From the NCBI GenBank assembly GCA_001655205.1, contig LPNZ01009878.1, positions 1-64,000 on the forward strand: 64,000 nucleotides of DNA, in the 5' to 3' direction. The translations under genes and the position numbers were made by a program. This document shows positions 37,801 through 53,048 of the stretch, piece after piece. Numbering within the stretch: position 1 is the stretch's first letter; every line of letters begins with the position of its first letter. The notes beneath the pieces are model-generated. The model saw nothing but the letters and a program-made list of their open reading frames with translations. It was not told the DNA's origin and made no database searches. The DNA is from Lenisia limosa. Taxonomy: Eukaryota; Protista; Breviatea.

Positions 37801-40800
37801 TGCTGCCGTCCCATCACCAGGTCACGTTCTTCTGCAAAGATAAGTTTGATTACCTCCCTTCCCACCTCCAGCAACTTCGGCAAAACTGTACAACCCGGCC
37901 CGACCGCCTTCAACTGGTAAAGCACTTTCAGTTACTAATTCCCCTGAGTGGTGAGTTATAGAGTGGGCTATAAGAAATGTGAGCACAAACATTTTTATCC
38001 TGTAATTACGGATGTAAAACATAATTCTTCTCATAACTTTCAACCAAAAAAATAGATCTTCAGTAATATTGGAACCAACCGGCAACCGAGCTGAGATCTT
38101 GCAGATCAATTGTGTCACAAACGGTTGACTCAATGGCATCTGAAGGGTTCAAAAGAGGAAGACTATTTGATATCCGCTGTATTGTTTGTTTGTCAGGTGT
38201 CCTCAAATATATACTATATATATGCATATGATATATATAATATATCATATATTAAATATCATATAATATCGCATTTCATTTATTGAACAGTAATGGAAAT
38301 AATCTAGGTGAATATAAAATGCTATCCTACCTTCAGGCAAGAGAACAATACAATAGGATAAGTCGCCTGAGCTTTTAAACTCTGACCAGTTTAGTTCATA
38401 GTTGCCCAAAGACCCTTCAACAGGTTGCAAGAGGGAACAATGCTCTATGGTGTGCTCTGAAGCCCTTCTATAAGGTAAATAAAACCATTATTGGAACCTT
38501 ACTTGCACTATCAACACACCGCTCACCTAGAACTCTCATCTGCTTTGAGCAAGACAAAGAGCCATTTGTCGAAAGCAGATTTTCTCAGAACATTGACATC
38601 GTTTCGTGATTCAATCAACACCTACAGCAGCATAAGAATTGACAATTGGATACCTTAAGTAAACCCCCGAATGATCTACAAACCCAGCAAACCGTCATAG
38701 AATCACCAATGGCTTCCGGACCGTTTCTGACTATGACAGAGTTATTGGTGTCCACCGGCTTGATGGAGAAGGTCGGCGGGTCTATTCAATGAGAATCAAA
38801 ATGACATCAGAAATGGATATTGGAATCCCGTCAGTGCTGGAAAATAGTTTTTGGAAGGAGGCGAAGCCTCTTCTCATTGTCAAACAAAAGCCAACCAGAA
38901 GTTTCCTGCAGCCATCCGTCAATGGCAACAGGAGCGTTGCTGTCTCCAAGGCATGTTGCTCCTTTGGGGCAGATTTGGCAGGCACCTAGTCTGAGATAGA
39001 AGCCCGAAGCACAGACACTCACTGTTGTGCCTACAGAGTGAACTGCATAAGGTTCCTGGCATGCCAGTTGAAGTGTTATTTGGTAAATTGTTGGGTTCAA
39101 ATAGCATTATTCTCAAATCAATATCCTCTCAAATAGCCGCGATCTCTTCATGTGAATAAAAGTGTCGATAAAGATACCGAACCTGGTGGACACGCGGTAC
39201 CGAAGGAGCATGGAATGCACGATCCAAGATCTACAGAGTCAAAAGTGAGCACTGTCAACAGGGTTGTATTTTCCACCACTCACGAAGTCTGTAGCCCTCG
39301 GCACAAATACAAGAACCGATTGAAGTACTTCCCTCATCCAATGTGACCCAGTTGTCACCACATGAGACACAGAAAAACTGTGCAGGATCACTTTGGTAAG
39401 TACCAGTAGGGCAGAAAGTACATTCTGAAGAGCCTAGAATAGTTAAATAAATCAAATTGGCTAAAATCATACCAATGGTGTTTGAAAATGAACCTGGAGG
39501 GCAAGGCGTCTCTTCGGTTTGTCCTGAAAAAGTGATAGAAACGTAGCGGTTACCTGTCTCATTCACAAAGGCTCCAAGAGCAGCGAGGGTGCATTCGGTG
39601 ACGGTTGTGATTGAAAAGGTCCCAATGGGACATGGCACACAAGGACCCTTCGTCGTCACAAGGTGGTTGCCTGTGGTCGTAAAAGGAGTTTGTGTGGCTG
39701 GTCATGGATTTTTGTCTTCTCACCAGCGGGGCAAATAGGAAGGGCAGTGATTAGTACTGGACTATTGACCAAAGGTATCATGGCGGATATGGCTTCTAAA
39801 GCATTAATAATGTAATTGTTATTGAATAAGAGTGTTTACTTCCTTAATGACCACTAACCAGGGCTATCCACAGAGGTTGTGTTGAAAAATGGCAGGAGGA
39901 CATAATCGCCAGAAATTGAGGAATTGACTTTGAAAGCTCCAAGAGGGTCAATTTTCAAAGTAGCAATATCCAATGCCACTGGCTGGGGAGAAGGGTGAAG
40001 GGTAACAAATGAGAGAATGAAGAAAAAAAAGAGATAAAAAGAGAAATGATAAGCCTACTTGGAAGTTGAATGAGTCAAGGAGAGCGGCGCTGAATAAACC
40101 TTGTTTGGAGGTGGGGTTACCATACTCATCATAGCCAATGATGGCAAGGGTCAGCTCTTCCCCAACAGACATTTCTGTCACTGTAACCTGTTGATATTAG
40201 GGATATTCTTCAGGACTATCAGAGTTACTCGTCAATCTCAGAAAAAAGAGCACGAAGTTATCCATGAATATCCCCCCACATTAACAAGAGAGAGCGGAGT
40301 AGGTGGACCTGATTCAATAAGGAAGTTGCACATCAGAGGGGCTGTTGTTATCATATTGGTACCGGTAACCGCGATAGTGAGGTTGAACTCAGCAGCTTTT
40401 GTCATAGGGCCCATTGTTACTGTGAATACTCCATGGGTGTTGGGATCAACCTACACCATGATAACAGAAGAGAACGTGTTCATCCTACCTTTGTCACTGT
40501 TATGTTGACATTGACTGTGTTATTTGGATCTTCTGTTTTTAGTGTGACCTAAGGTTTGTTAAGGCACATGTGACTATCTTGAATGGCATCTAAACAAACC
40601 TTCAAATCACTTTCCATATACGGCACAATAGACCGCATATCTGCCGTCGCCTTCAACTCAACAATGGTGGACACTACAATGCCAGCAACGAGCGGGCCAC
40701 TTGGAAGGTGGATTGCACTGAATTCTCTAGACGCTGGGGCTTCTCTGAACTGAATCGTATCGCCAGTGCCTAAAGGGTAAAGTGAATGGTTGGTTATTTT

Positions 40801-43800
40801 CAGATAAGTCTGGGGTACTTACCATTAGCATTAATGAAACCCAAAAGTGGTACTGGACCCGTAATGTTGCCTTGACATGAGCCTAAAAAAAGTCAAGTGA
40901 CATTCAACCCTCGTGTATAAAATGGACTGTTCAGTTTTTAGACTACATAAGTGAATAGAGCTGGATTCAAGCACAGACATTTATGAGGAAAGGAGTACAC
41001 AAGGCTCACCTCCAAATGGGCAAGCCAAGCATGACGAAGCATCTTCACTGAGGAAAAAACCGCTGTGGCATCCCATGTCCCTGCCAGAGCAGAAGCCGTT
41101 GACATCACAAGGCTGGGCAGAACCTAAGTACCCGGGCTGGGGTGTACACGAAGACTGCCCAATACCTGCCTCCATATTACTGTCACAAACAGTGCACACC
41201 CCAGCGTTGCTCCACGTGTGAATGGGACACGGGGCTAACACTTCAGTTGAGTCCCACAGACTCTTGACGAACCAGCCTGCAGGAAGAACGGCAATACATG
41301 GTTGCGCGCCGCTGCCTTCTTTGCGTGTTCCGGAGGAGCAAGTGGAAACAATACGAATGGTGGTGTTTGTTGTTTCGACTCCAGTCCCTGAGTATGTCAT
41401 TATCACATTAAACTCTCCAGCATAATGGACTGTGAGCGATATAGAGAGTCCGTCATCCTTTTCTTCAACTAATGACGTATAAGCTGAGCTGGAATTGGCA
41501 CTGTCAATAAAAACGACGGCACTATCAAGAGGGAAAGTAATGAAGTGATCCGGCGTGATCACTACTAGGGTGAAGTTAAGAGACTGTTCCGTCATGACGT
41601 GGAATTCCCTTTCGCCAATCAGATTCCGTTGAACGAGGTTCTTAGAGAGTGGAACAAACACAGGGGTGCCATCATCAACTTGGGAGTAGCTCGAGCTATC
41701 AAGCTCCGTGGGGAGCGTTATGGAGCCGACCTGCTCAGTCAAACAAAAAAAAAACCCTGAGGACTTACAATCAATTCCGTTAATGGGGTTGTTCTCAGAT
41801 AAAGTGCCACTTTGTATGTGCACGATAATTGAAGTGAACCAATAGCCTGGGTGAGATGAAAAAGAAGATAGTATAGCTGATCTGTAATCCTAGAAACACA
41901 AAGGTGTGGGCTAGTTTCATATCCAATACATAACGCGCTTACCGAAATCAAGAAGTGTACTTCACCATCAGAGAACCAAGCGCGACTGTGCATGCAGGAA
42001 GGATGGGACGACTTCAGACTGATGTAGCCTGTGAGGTGGTGACAAGGGCCCAGAAATGATGAATTATTGGAAGAACCTGTATTTCCCACTTAAAGCCTCT
42101 TGTGAAGCTCTTCCTCCGTACGTGTTCGCTGCCGCCACTATACAGTAAGAAGCAGAGTGAATAACTTGAAGGCAATGTTGTTTAATCAAGGATTCATTAA
42201 CTATGATTCGAACCATGTCTTATATCAGATTGATTTGGGCTTATTTACCAAAACGACAGGAATTCTCAAACCTGTCAGAAGGCTTCTTATTTTGGGAAAA
42301 GTCGAAGTTGGAAGATGAATTGGGGTTGTGTGTTTGACCGAAACTCTCTGAGGATCCACTCTACTAAAAATATTGTCTGAAGGAAATCAGAGACGCAATC
42401 AGAAAGCCTACCATAGTTGTACCGGTGGATAGCAATGTTCCCAAGAGAAACGCTTCGATAATCCGAGGTAGTTTGCTTGAATATGTGGAAAATGAATATG
42501 ACGACATCGCCAGTCATGTGAGTGATGTCGACACTTTGTTCAATCCAAGAGTCCTGGTGGTTGGGTAAAACCAAGGAGAGAAGTCCTACTTGTAGAGTGG
42601 AGTTTAAGGCCCATGCCACATACGATGGTTCCTTGTCTAAAAATCAGTGAATTTTAATCTAAATTACCTTGTGAAAAGAACCATGATCCCCCCCACGAGA
42701 ATCAACATTGTATAATCTCAATGGTAGCACAGAGAGGCTCAGTTTGGCGTTACTCCAGTTGTCATTGTAAAAGGAAAACGTGATTGCGGCTTTTGCAGTT
42801 GTCCTTCAAAAAGTTAGAAATAAAAAAGTGGTGTGAAGCAATGAAACCATCACTAAAAAAGTGATGTGAAGCAATGAAACCACCACTAGGTTTGGTTTTT
42901 ACTTTGAAAGCCGTACCTGAGGTCAATAGCACTCGAAACTAACACGGCGTACTAAATGCATCATCAACGTGTATAAACACTGATAATTGGGTATTTTGTG
43001 AACGAAAAGTTGGACGAAATACAAAAACTAAGGATTCAAGCAACGGATGAGTCCACCCACTTCAGATGAAGCTGCACCAGTTCCATTGACGGAGAAAATG
43101 GAGGTGTAGGAGAACGGCCGCGGAAGGCCTGCCAAAATAGAAGTAGCGTGCTCTTCCCACTTCATAGCCGTCGTGGATACGGGCATAAACATAGATTGGT
43201 CCAAGGTATCTTTCTGGAAAATTACCCCGACATGTAAGAATAATGAAATGCATAGAAGCCCATTAGTATCAGTTTTATGTAACCATTTTTCTGACCATTG
43301 TTTCTTAAAGCCTACAATTGATGTAATCGAAAATTTATGGTGTCTTGAAAGGTAGGACGCAAATGCAACCTAAAAAGTGAAACTAAAAATAATATGACAT
43401 CATCATATGATATAGAGTAAGATCTGCGTAGATTTTGTACCACCCCTACCTCAATTGGGAGTTCTACTACGAAAACGTTCACCTAAACAGTGAGAATGCT
43501 TAAAAGTGTTTAATGGAGCGGCTGAAATATCGTCCAACCCTCCCTTGAAATGTAATTTCATGTTGTTTCGTTCAATACCACAACATAAATTCAGCCAAAT
43601 AAACAATTGGGCCAGCAAACTTGAACGCCGTTTCCGCCGCCGACACCATCATCATGAAGGATGACGTGCAAAATAGGGCTTCTGATATAAAATGTCTCCA
43701 AACCTAGTGGTTAAGCTCCAAAAACAGCACATAAGACTACTTTGGGGAATAGTTGGGAAAGACTACTCGCCCGCCACCCACCAGAATTGGCAAGTTGGTA

Positions 43801-45400
43801 GAGAACATTAGTTCCATCACTGATTTCAACATAGTCGCTGGAAGACTGGAAATCCCATTGAATTACGAGCTAAATGGTCAAGAAATAGGAGTTAAGTTGC
43901 CTGAATAATGAAATATTTCCCCTCAGACTTTGAGCGAAGTTGAAAAGCCGGTGGATGTGTTAGTATACTCAAATTCCCATTGGCTGAAGGGTAAAAGCTC
44001 ATGTAGTTAAATTACCAATTAAAGACATTAGGAAATGGGTAGTCCGTGCTCAAGGCTGCAGGAAATGATGTTACAACCTCATTACAAGTCTCGTAAATAT
44101 TGTTCAGACCAGTTGTTGCTAAGGTGTCAAAATTTCATTGATTTGATTGAAGTTAAAACATGCGAATCATTCAACGTACCACTACACGAGCATTCAGTAT
44201 TACTATTGTTTGGCAGACATGGAGCCCCAGTTGTTGGACATGAGCCTCTGCAGTTGAGATTTCCAAAAGAGTCGTAGACACCCTGACATTCATCTAAAAG
44301 TGTCATAGTTTAAACCTGAATCCCTATGGTTGTGAAGGGGGGCGCTTTTGAAACACCTACGATGACATTAGATTCCATATGCGTAGCAATCCACTAATAT
44401 TATACAATAGTTCCAAACCAGAAGCGCATCCGCAATGTGTGGCAGCTCCTGTTGAATTGTAGACGGTGATACAATCATTGCCATACGGGCAGTTTCCACC
44501 ACAAGTACCTAAGAGGGACATTAGTATGACTCCAAAAGCCAATCCACACACATATGAAACCAATCCACCAACCATTACCGAAGAAACTGCATGTTGACAT
44601 ACAGCCTGGTTCACTGTCACATATCCCAAAACATTGGGTGTTATTCATCCGATCATTAGTGGAGAAACATTCGTTTGCTACATCAAGAGTAAAAGCAAGA
44701 TAGAAAAATATTAGATGCAACAGCATGAATTTAGACCACAAAGCTCACATTGGACTTGATGAGACCCTTGAAGAGAGCCATCGATTAACCTTTCCTCGAC
44801 ACAAGAGGCTCCATTCGCCAGAATTCCAGAGACTACGCCATACTCTTCATCGCAACCTCCACCTGATTGTCAACTAAAAAACTGGAACTGAAACTGGTCA
44901 TGGATCACAGTTTTTTTTAAAAAAAAATCAAGGATATGAGTTATTGATAAATAGACAATGAATATAAGCCAATTAAAAAGAGCGTAAAGCACATACCTCC
45001 TTGAAGATAGGCTGAGACGGTAATGAAAAGGGTTACAAGTATCTAGGGCGAGTGAAACACGGTAATTTTGGAATAACATAAGTTCTAAAAACAAGAAGAG
45101 CGCCAAGAAGCGGTTGAAGTAAAGAGGCAACTAAATCGGAGTTCTGTTTCTCTCTGGGCGTTGCTGTTCTGAGAGCAATATCCAAATTTGGTATCAATTT
45201 TATAACTTATAAGAGTAAAATTAAGAATTTCGAGTTCACCAAATGGGGTTTGAATGCTCACCAAAAACAATTATGTGTCCAGCCTACATAGAGTATTGCC
45301 TGTCGTGTAAATACAGATATCATTGCAATATCAGCTCGTTAATAAGCAAATCAAGTCGTTTATTGCGAAGAAGCCATTCACCTAAGACGAAATACTTCAT
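34880..45400 (-). CDS. Giant cell-surface protein: Cys-rich, CUB-like, GCC2/GCC3 (ephrin-receptor-like) CxxC repeats, filamin/Ig-like repeats, C-terminal multi-TM region
   Basis: SSDYVEISDG (CUB-like); CPPGSFSNTIG..CTFCPTGTYQSDPAQFFCVSC; VSVTLDDVHINGSPFVVVV; CARCSPGYY..WVMLVITFLFG..LNFAQ..WP. Both ends and single-gene status are inferred. Confidence 0.65.
35579..35650 (+). tRNA. tRNA-Asp: tRNA-Asp (anticodon GTC)
   Basis: TCCGTGT/ACACGGA acceptor stem, D-loop AGTATAGTGG, CTGTCAC anticodon loop, GGTTCGATTCC T-arm, followed by an oligo-T Pol III terminator. Confidence 0.98.
37653..37724. repeat. 30-bp tandem repeat (~2.4 copies) containing a donor-like CAAG|GTGGGA on the minus strand
   Basis: tagttccctcatcccaccttgagactcgac at 37653 and 37683, partial copy at 37713. 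Confidence 0.95.
42821..42887. repeat. 33-bp intronic tandem duplication
   Basis: taaaaaagtggtgtgaagcaatgaaaccatcac followed by taaaaaagtgatgtgaagcaatgaaaccaccac. Confidence 0.92.
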
Positions 45401-46076
45401 TCATCTTGTTTCCTCACCCTTCTCTACCGTAATTATGTTTATTTAACTTTAATAAAATTTTTATGAAATTGAAAGTGCCAAAAAGCCTCTTAAAAATCGA
45501 AAAACCCAAAATGAGAAACTAACCAACTCAAGGTTGACTCAAGGAACCAACCTCATACACAGCTCAACATAAAAAAAATATACCACATTCTTTGCATATT
45601 AGTACCAACTGTCTCGGCCTTACATAATCGGAATGCATCCATTATTTATTTGGTCCAACCCTCTGGCCGATCAAAACTTATTTAAAAATCGACTCGCGCG
45701 CATACACCGGTCAAGCGTGTCGTAAAAAAGATGACACAATTGTTTTTATTGGAATGGAAACGAGAAAGCAAGTACAATGTTATTACGTATAATAATAGAA
45801 ACTAGGCATTATTACGTAAAAATAGTAGTTTTGCAGGATTTTTTTTTATGTATTTTGTATACGTAATCTGATGATACTGTACTCCATCCAAATTACTACA
45901 CTACTCCAGTAGTACTACAAGTTGAACTTTCAAAATATACATCAGAACCTTAATATACATCCAAAGCTGAAATCAGTTAAACAGACAAGAAAACACATCC
46001 TGAGGCAGCATCTCATAAGGTGCAAGGCTGTAGATCCTCAAAACATAGTAGTAATTATACCATAATACCATTCAGC

Positions 46077-48495
<2,419 letters not shown>

Positions 48496-48886
48496 TGCTC
48501 CTTATAAATCGTTTCGTTATTGGGCAATTATCATTCTTCTTTCTTAAGAATAATTCCACTCTAACATTCCAACTACTCTTTTTCTACTCGTTACTTTTCT
48601 TGACAAATAGAAGGGATAGAGGCACTCTGGGACCCACCCAAAATCTCCCCTGAGTTGCTCCGATCGCTCGGAGCCCCTGGAGGGTACAGGGTGGGAGAGG
48701 AGGGGGAGAAGGGCTTGTCTCATGTCAATTTGTACCACCTATGAATAATTGATGTTTAAAGATTTCGGTGTAGTTTTCTGGCCCTCTCTATTTCTTCTTT
48801 GCTGCAGTTAATTTGTTTATTTACTTAAAGTTATAGTTTTTGAAGGAAAAAAATTGCGATATCTGCGAGCACCTTCACCGTGCAAC

Positions 48887-51233
48887 ATGGTTTGAATATT
48901 TAAAGTCGTTTCCACTTACCTTTTAGGACGAATTCGAGTCACTATTTGGCGGTAATGCTGATGCGGAAGGTGAGTAGTTTATTACTGTTATACTCCTCAA
49001 ACTTCAACCTTATTATTCTTGCATCTCCCTTTCGGTGGTTTATGCGCGCCCATAAGTTTCCCTTTTAATTGTTTGTGTCCTATTGTGTTGTGATGTTCTT
49101 AGAATCTTGGACCCCTTGTTTGAATATGACACTTTCCCATCCACCCCAATTTATCTTGCTGACCCCATAGTTGCCCCAGCGCCCCGTGTGCCGTCCCCTA
49201 ACCTGACCCCCTCCCCTGCGGCGAATGAAGAACAAGAGATCAGCCACAGCACGGATGAGGAAGAGGAGAGTGACGGAGACGATGTGGTTGTGACTATTGG
49301 TGAAATGCCTGAACCTCCCACCGCACCTCCAGCCCTCCCAACAACGCCACGTAATACAAAGGTTGGAGAACTGGCGGGTAGAGATACTTTTTAGACCATA
49401 AAATGTCTTTTAAGGAGGTTAACCTTTTTTAGAAACAAGAGACCTCCACCCCCTCTTCCAACTCAAAACGTTTCACTCGTCCGGGGTATGTCCCCCCTGT
49501 TCAGAGTAAGTTTGGAAGGAGCGTTGAGATGGAATTGCTTGGAAGAACCCAAGAGTTGAATTACTAGCAAAACGAAGTTAAGATTAATTAGGATTATTTT
49601 CAAATCTTGATATAAAAGTAGATTCTTTTCTATTTTGAACCGAATAAAGGAAGAAACACAATATCAGACAGCTACACTAATATGATATGGAAAAAGTAGT
49701 CAAGATAGCCGGTTATATATCTCTCAGGAAAATGTTAAAGCAGGGCCAACCCAGAAACTGGGTCGGATAAACCACAATTATTGCCAAAACCGAGCATAAC
49801 CTGCGTGATTTTTATTTGCTGTTATAAAGCAGTTGTTTTGGAAGCAAGAGAACAAAAATCTTCGTTAAATCTAAAGGGATATTCGTGACAACTTTCTGGG
49901 TTGGCACCCTGCTTTTACCCATATCCACTAGTGATATGATCGTATGGCTGACTTTCAAGTTGAAATGATGAACGAAGATAACACGAGGGTTTATCTCGAG
50001 TGTATCAGAGTACTATTGAGACTTGTCGGTCAATGTCATACAAGTGGATATGAGGTCACTACGTGGAAAGTGATGTGTGAAAATGATACAATAAGTGATA
50101 TCTAGGTTCTCCCTCTTATTTTCCAGCCCATTTCTCACCGGCCAAAACTGACACTGCTGCCGGAATGAAGTCTTCGGTAGTCAATGCTTCCAATATTTCT
50201 CTTGCTGCGGAAGAAAAACTTGCACCATCCCTTGCTTTATTGGGTAACACTGGACAAGTGGGAGGGGTTTTTTCCTCTTCAATTTTCTGTTTGCTCTTTT
50301 GCTGTAATGAATGAATTAAACAGATTATTTTGCCCTTTAAGTTATCTTTGTCCATTGAGTATTTTGTTTTGTTAATCATTTTAGTTTGAAATTGATATTG
50401 ACAAAGTTGAGAAGAAAGGATGGAGAGAACCTGGTTTGCTGGTCATATATGCTGTCTGTGAAACTGTACCTTGATAAGTGTACAGTAATGTTTAAATTGC
50501 GGCTTGCCCTTATTTAATAACAAATTTTCTTACAACCTAGGTGCCGATATCACTGATTACTTCAACTATGGGCTAAATGAAAAGACCTGGAGAGTGGGAA
50601 GGGGGGAGGGGGGTATATTTGACTTATTGGAGGAGAGCTGCTGTATTGCTTTCGTAGTTGACTTCATTTTTAGGTGTATTGTGAGAGACAGTTGGCTCTG
50701 AAGAGCGAAATTGAAAGTTTCAGCAAAATCCGTGTTCTTGATGATTCTAATGAGGCTCCAAGAAGAGTAAGTAGTTGAAATTCATGTTGGATGTGAAATA
50801 ATTTTCCTAATTGTCTTTAGAGAACACATGGCCAAGTTTCCGCTGTTCATAAAAGTAAGATCTGGTTATTGGAGTTTATTGCTTTATACCATTGTTGAGA
50901 GGGGTTCCTTACGCCTTAGGCATGGCAGTTCGAATGCTTGAAGATGATGACAGGCATGATGATTTCAGGAGACGGTAGGTCATCCTCACAAGGACAATTA
51001 CTAACTGCATAGGGACCGTGACCATCGTGAAAGCAGGAGGGACAGAAAGTCAGAAAGAGCGGATCGTCTTGATAGGTTGGTCTTCAAACTACTACTTCTC
51101 CAATCAAATTAAACGCACCTTGGCTTTGTAATTTTTTTTCTTCCTCATATTTTTTTGTAACCAATACAGCCGAGACCACCGAGAGAGGGATTATGACAGA
51201 GATGAACGGAGACATAAGCGTTCCAGGTACTAG
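48887..51233 (+). CDS. FIP1L1: Pre-mRNA 3'-end processing factor Fip1
   Basis: Fip1 motif ADITDYFNYGLNEKTWR|..YCERQ, acidic N-terminus with DDVVVTIG, RD/RE-rich C-terminus. Confidence 0.9.
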
Positions 51234-51356
51234 AAGTTGTTTGTAGGATATAATTTTTATTTTGTGCAATGTGAGTTAAGTGTAAGCTTGGTGAACTGAA
51301 AAGCACGTGTAAGACCCAAAGATTGTTGAAACATGAACAAACTGCATAAGAGAAAG

Positions 51357-52802
51357 TTACTTGGAGAGAGGGTTCTTCTTGGTGGGACCCATGAACTTGG
51401 TCTTCTCCTCCTTGGTCTGGAAGCGACCATGGCCGAACTTGGAAGCGGTATCGATGAACTTGAGGGTGATCTCCTCGACGGCGCGACGGTTGGTGGGGTT
51501 GTAGAGAGACTTACGGATGGTGATAGGGCGCTTCTTAACACCGGCAACGCAACCCTTGATCATGATGTAGTCCTCGTTGACCTCACCATAGTGGGGGAAA
51601 CCACCCATGGGGGTAATGGCCTTCTCGGTGAGATCGGAAGCGGTAGTGGCGTTCTTGTACTCCATGGATCCGTCAGCCTGGCGGCAGGCGTCACCGATGA
51701 GGTAAACCTTCTTGTTGATCTCGGTACGGTGATGGTAACCCATCTGACCGGCACGGGCAACAGTCCATTGGACGCGAGCGGGATGCCAAGCACCGATACA
51801 GGCGACCTTACGGTTACCACGGTGAGTCTTGCGAGGAAGCTTCTTGGTACCCCAACGCTTGGTGACACCGTTGTAACCCTTACCCTTGGTGATGGCAATA
51901 GTATCAACCATCTCGTTGACGGAGAAGACCTAATGAGTGAGAGGCGATCGTGTTAAAGACCCAATGTAGTGAAATAAACCCTTCTTACGTCCTTGATGGC
52001 AACAGACTTCTCGAAGAGGTTGTAACCGTACTTGACCTTGTCCTCGATGGAACCACCGTTGATCTGGATCTCCATAAGGTTAGCCTTCTTCATGCGGAGG
52101 CCGATTTTCTTGGTCTGGGTGTGGGCGAGAACACGGATGACGGTACAGTACTTCTCCATGCGCTTGAGCTCCTTAGCGACAGAGGTAGAATCCTTGGCGA
52201 AAGCCTGGAGAAGAGTTAGTCGGTGAAAACCTTCATGATTAAACAGTTATCGGTGAACCCGCAAGAGTTTGGTCAAGAAACCAATAGACATTACAAAAAA
52301 ACCAACCTTCTTGGAGTACTTGGTGAAAGCCTTCTTCTTGCTCTTGTACCAGTTCTTGTAGAAGCGGCGGAGAACCTCAACGGAAAGATGCTCGGCCCAG
52401 ACGGTAGTAAGGGTACGAAGACCTTCAGGGGTCATGATGTAGCCGACAAGACCAACAACCATCATGGGGGGAGCCTCAATGATAGTAACGGCCTGAATGG
52501 TGAGAAATGCATTGAAAAGCTATAGTTGAAAAAACAAATCATATTTTCAGTTTGAGATAAGAGGGCATGCGCCAGCTTACCTCAACAACCTCCTTCTTGT
52601 GGAGCTTGCTTCCGGGACGGTGGACATCACGGACGATGTGAGTCATACCGGCCTTGTAGCCCATGAAAGCGGTGAAGTGGCAAGGCTTGGCGGCATCATC
52701 CTTGGGGAAGGCCTTGCACTTGCCTTGGTGACGCTTGCAGCGCTTGCGGGGAAGGAATCCGAGAGAACCGTGGCGGGGGGCTTCAAACTTACGGTGAGAC
52801 AT
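51357..52802 (-). CDS. RPL3: 60S ribosomal protein L3 (uL3)
   Basis: [74 protein letters not shown]. Confidence 0.99.
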
Positions 52803-53048
52803 GTTTGTAAAAAAGGACTAAAAAGAAAAACAGAAAAGCTTTAAAACAAAATGAACTGAACTGAACGGAACTTTGCTCTATTTTCAATTCACGGAAAATA
52901 TAACTTTAGGTTCTCCCAAGTTCTCCTAGATTTCTTCTTTATTCCATTGTTGAAGGTAAGGCTGGAATATGTACACATTGATTTATTGCATTTTGTCCTG
53001 TTAAGCTCTTAATGGGATTGCTTTTTTCCCTAATCGCGTAGTGCTACT

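Noticed and set aside
51333-52525. Long + strand ORFs (up to 207 aa) opposite RPL3, and a similar one opposite RPL18A
   Set aside because: Antisense shadows caused by the strong codon bias of ribosomal-protein genes.
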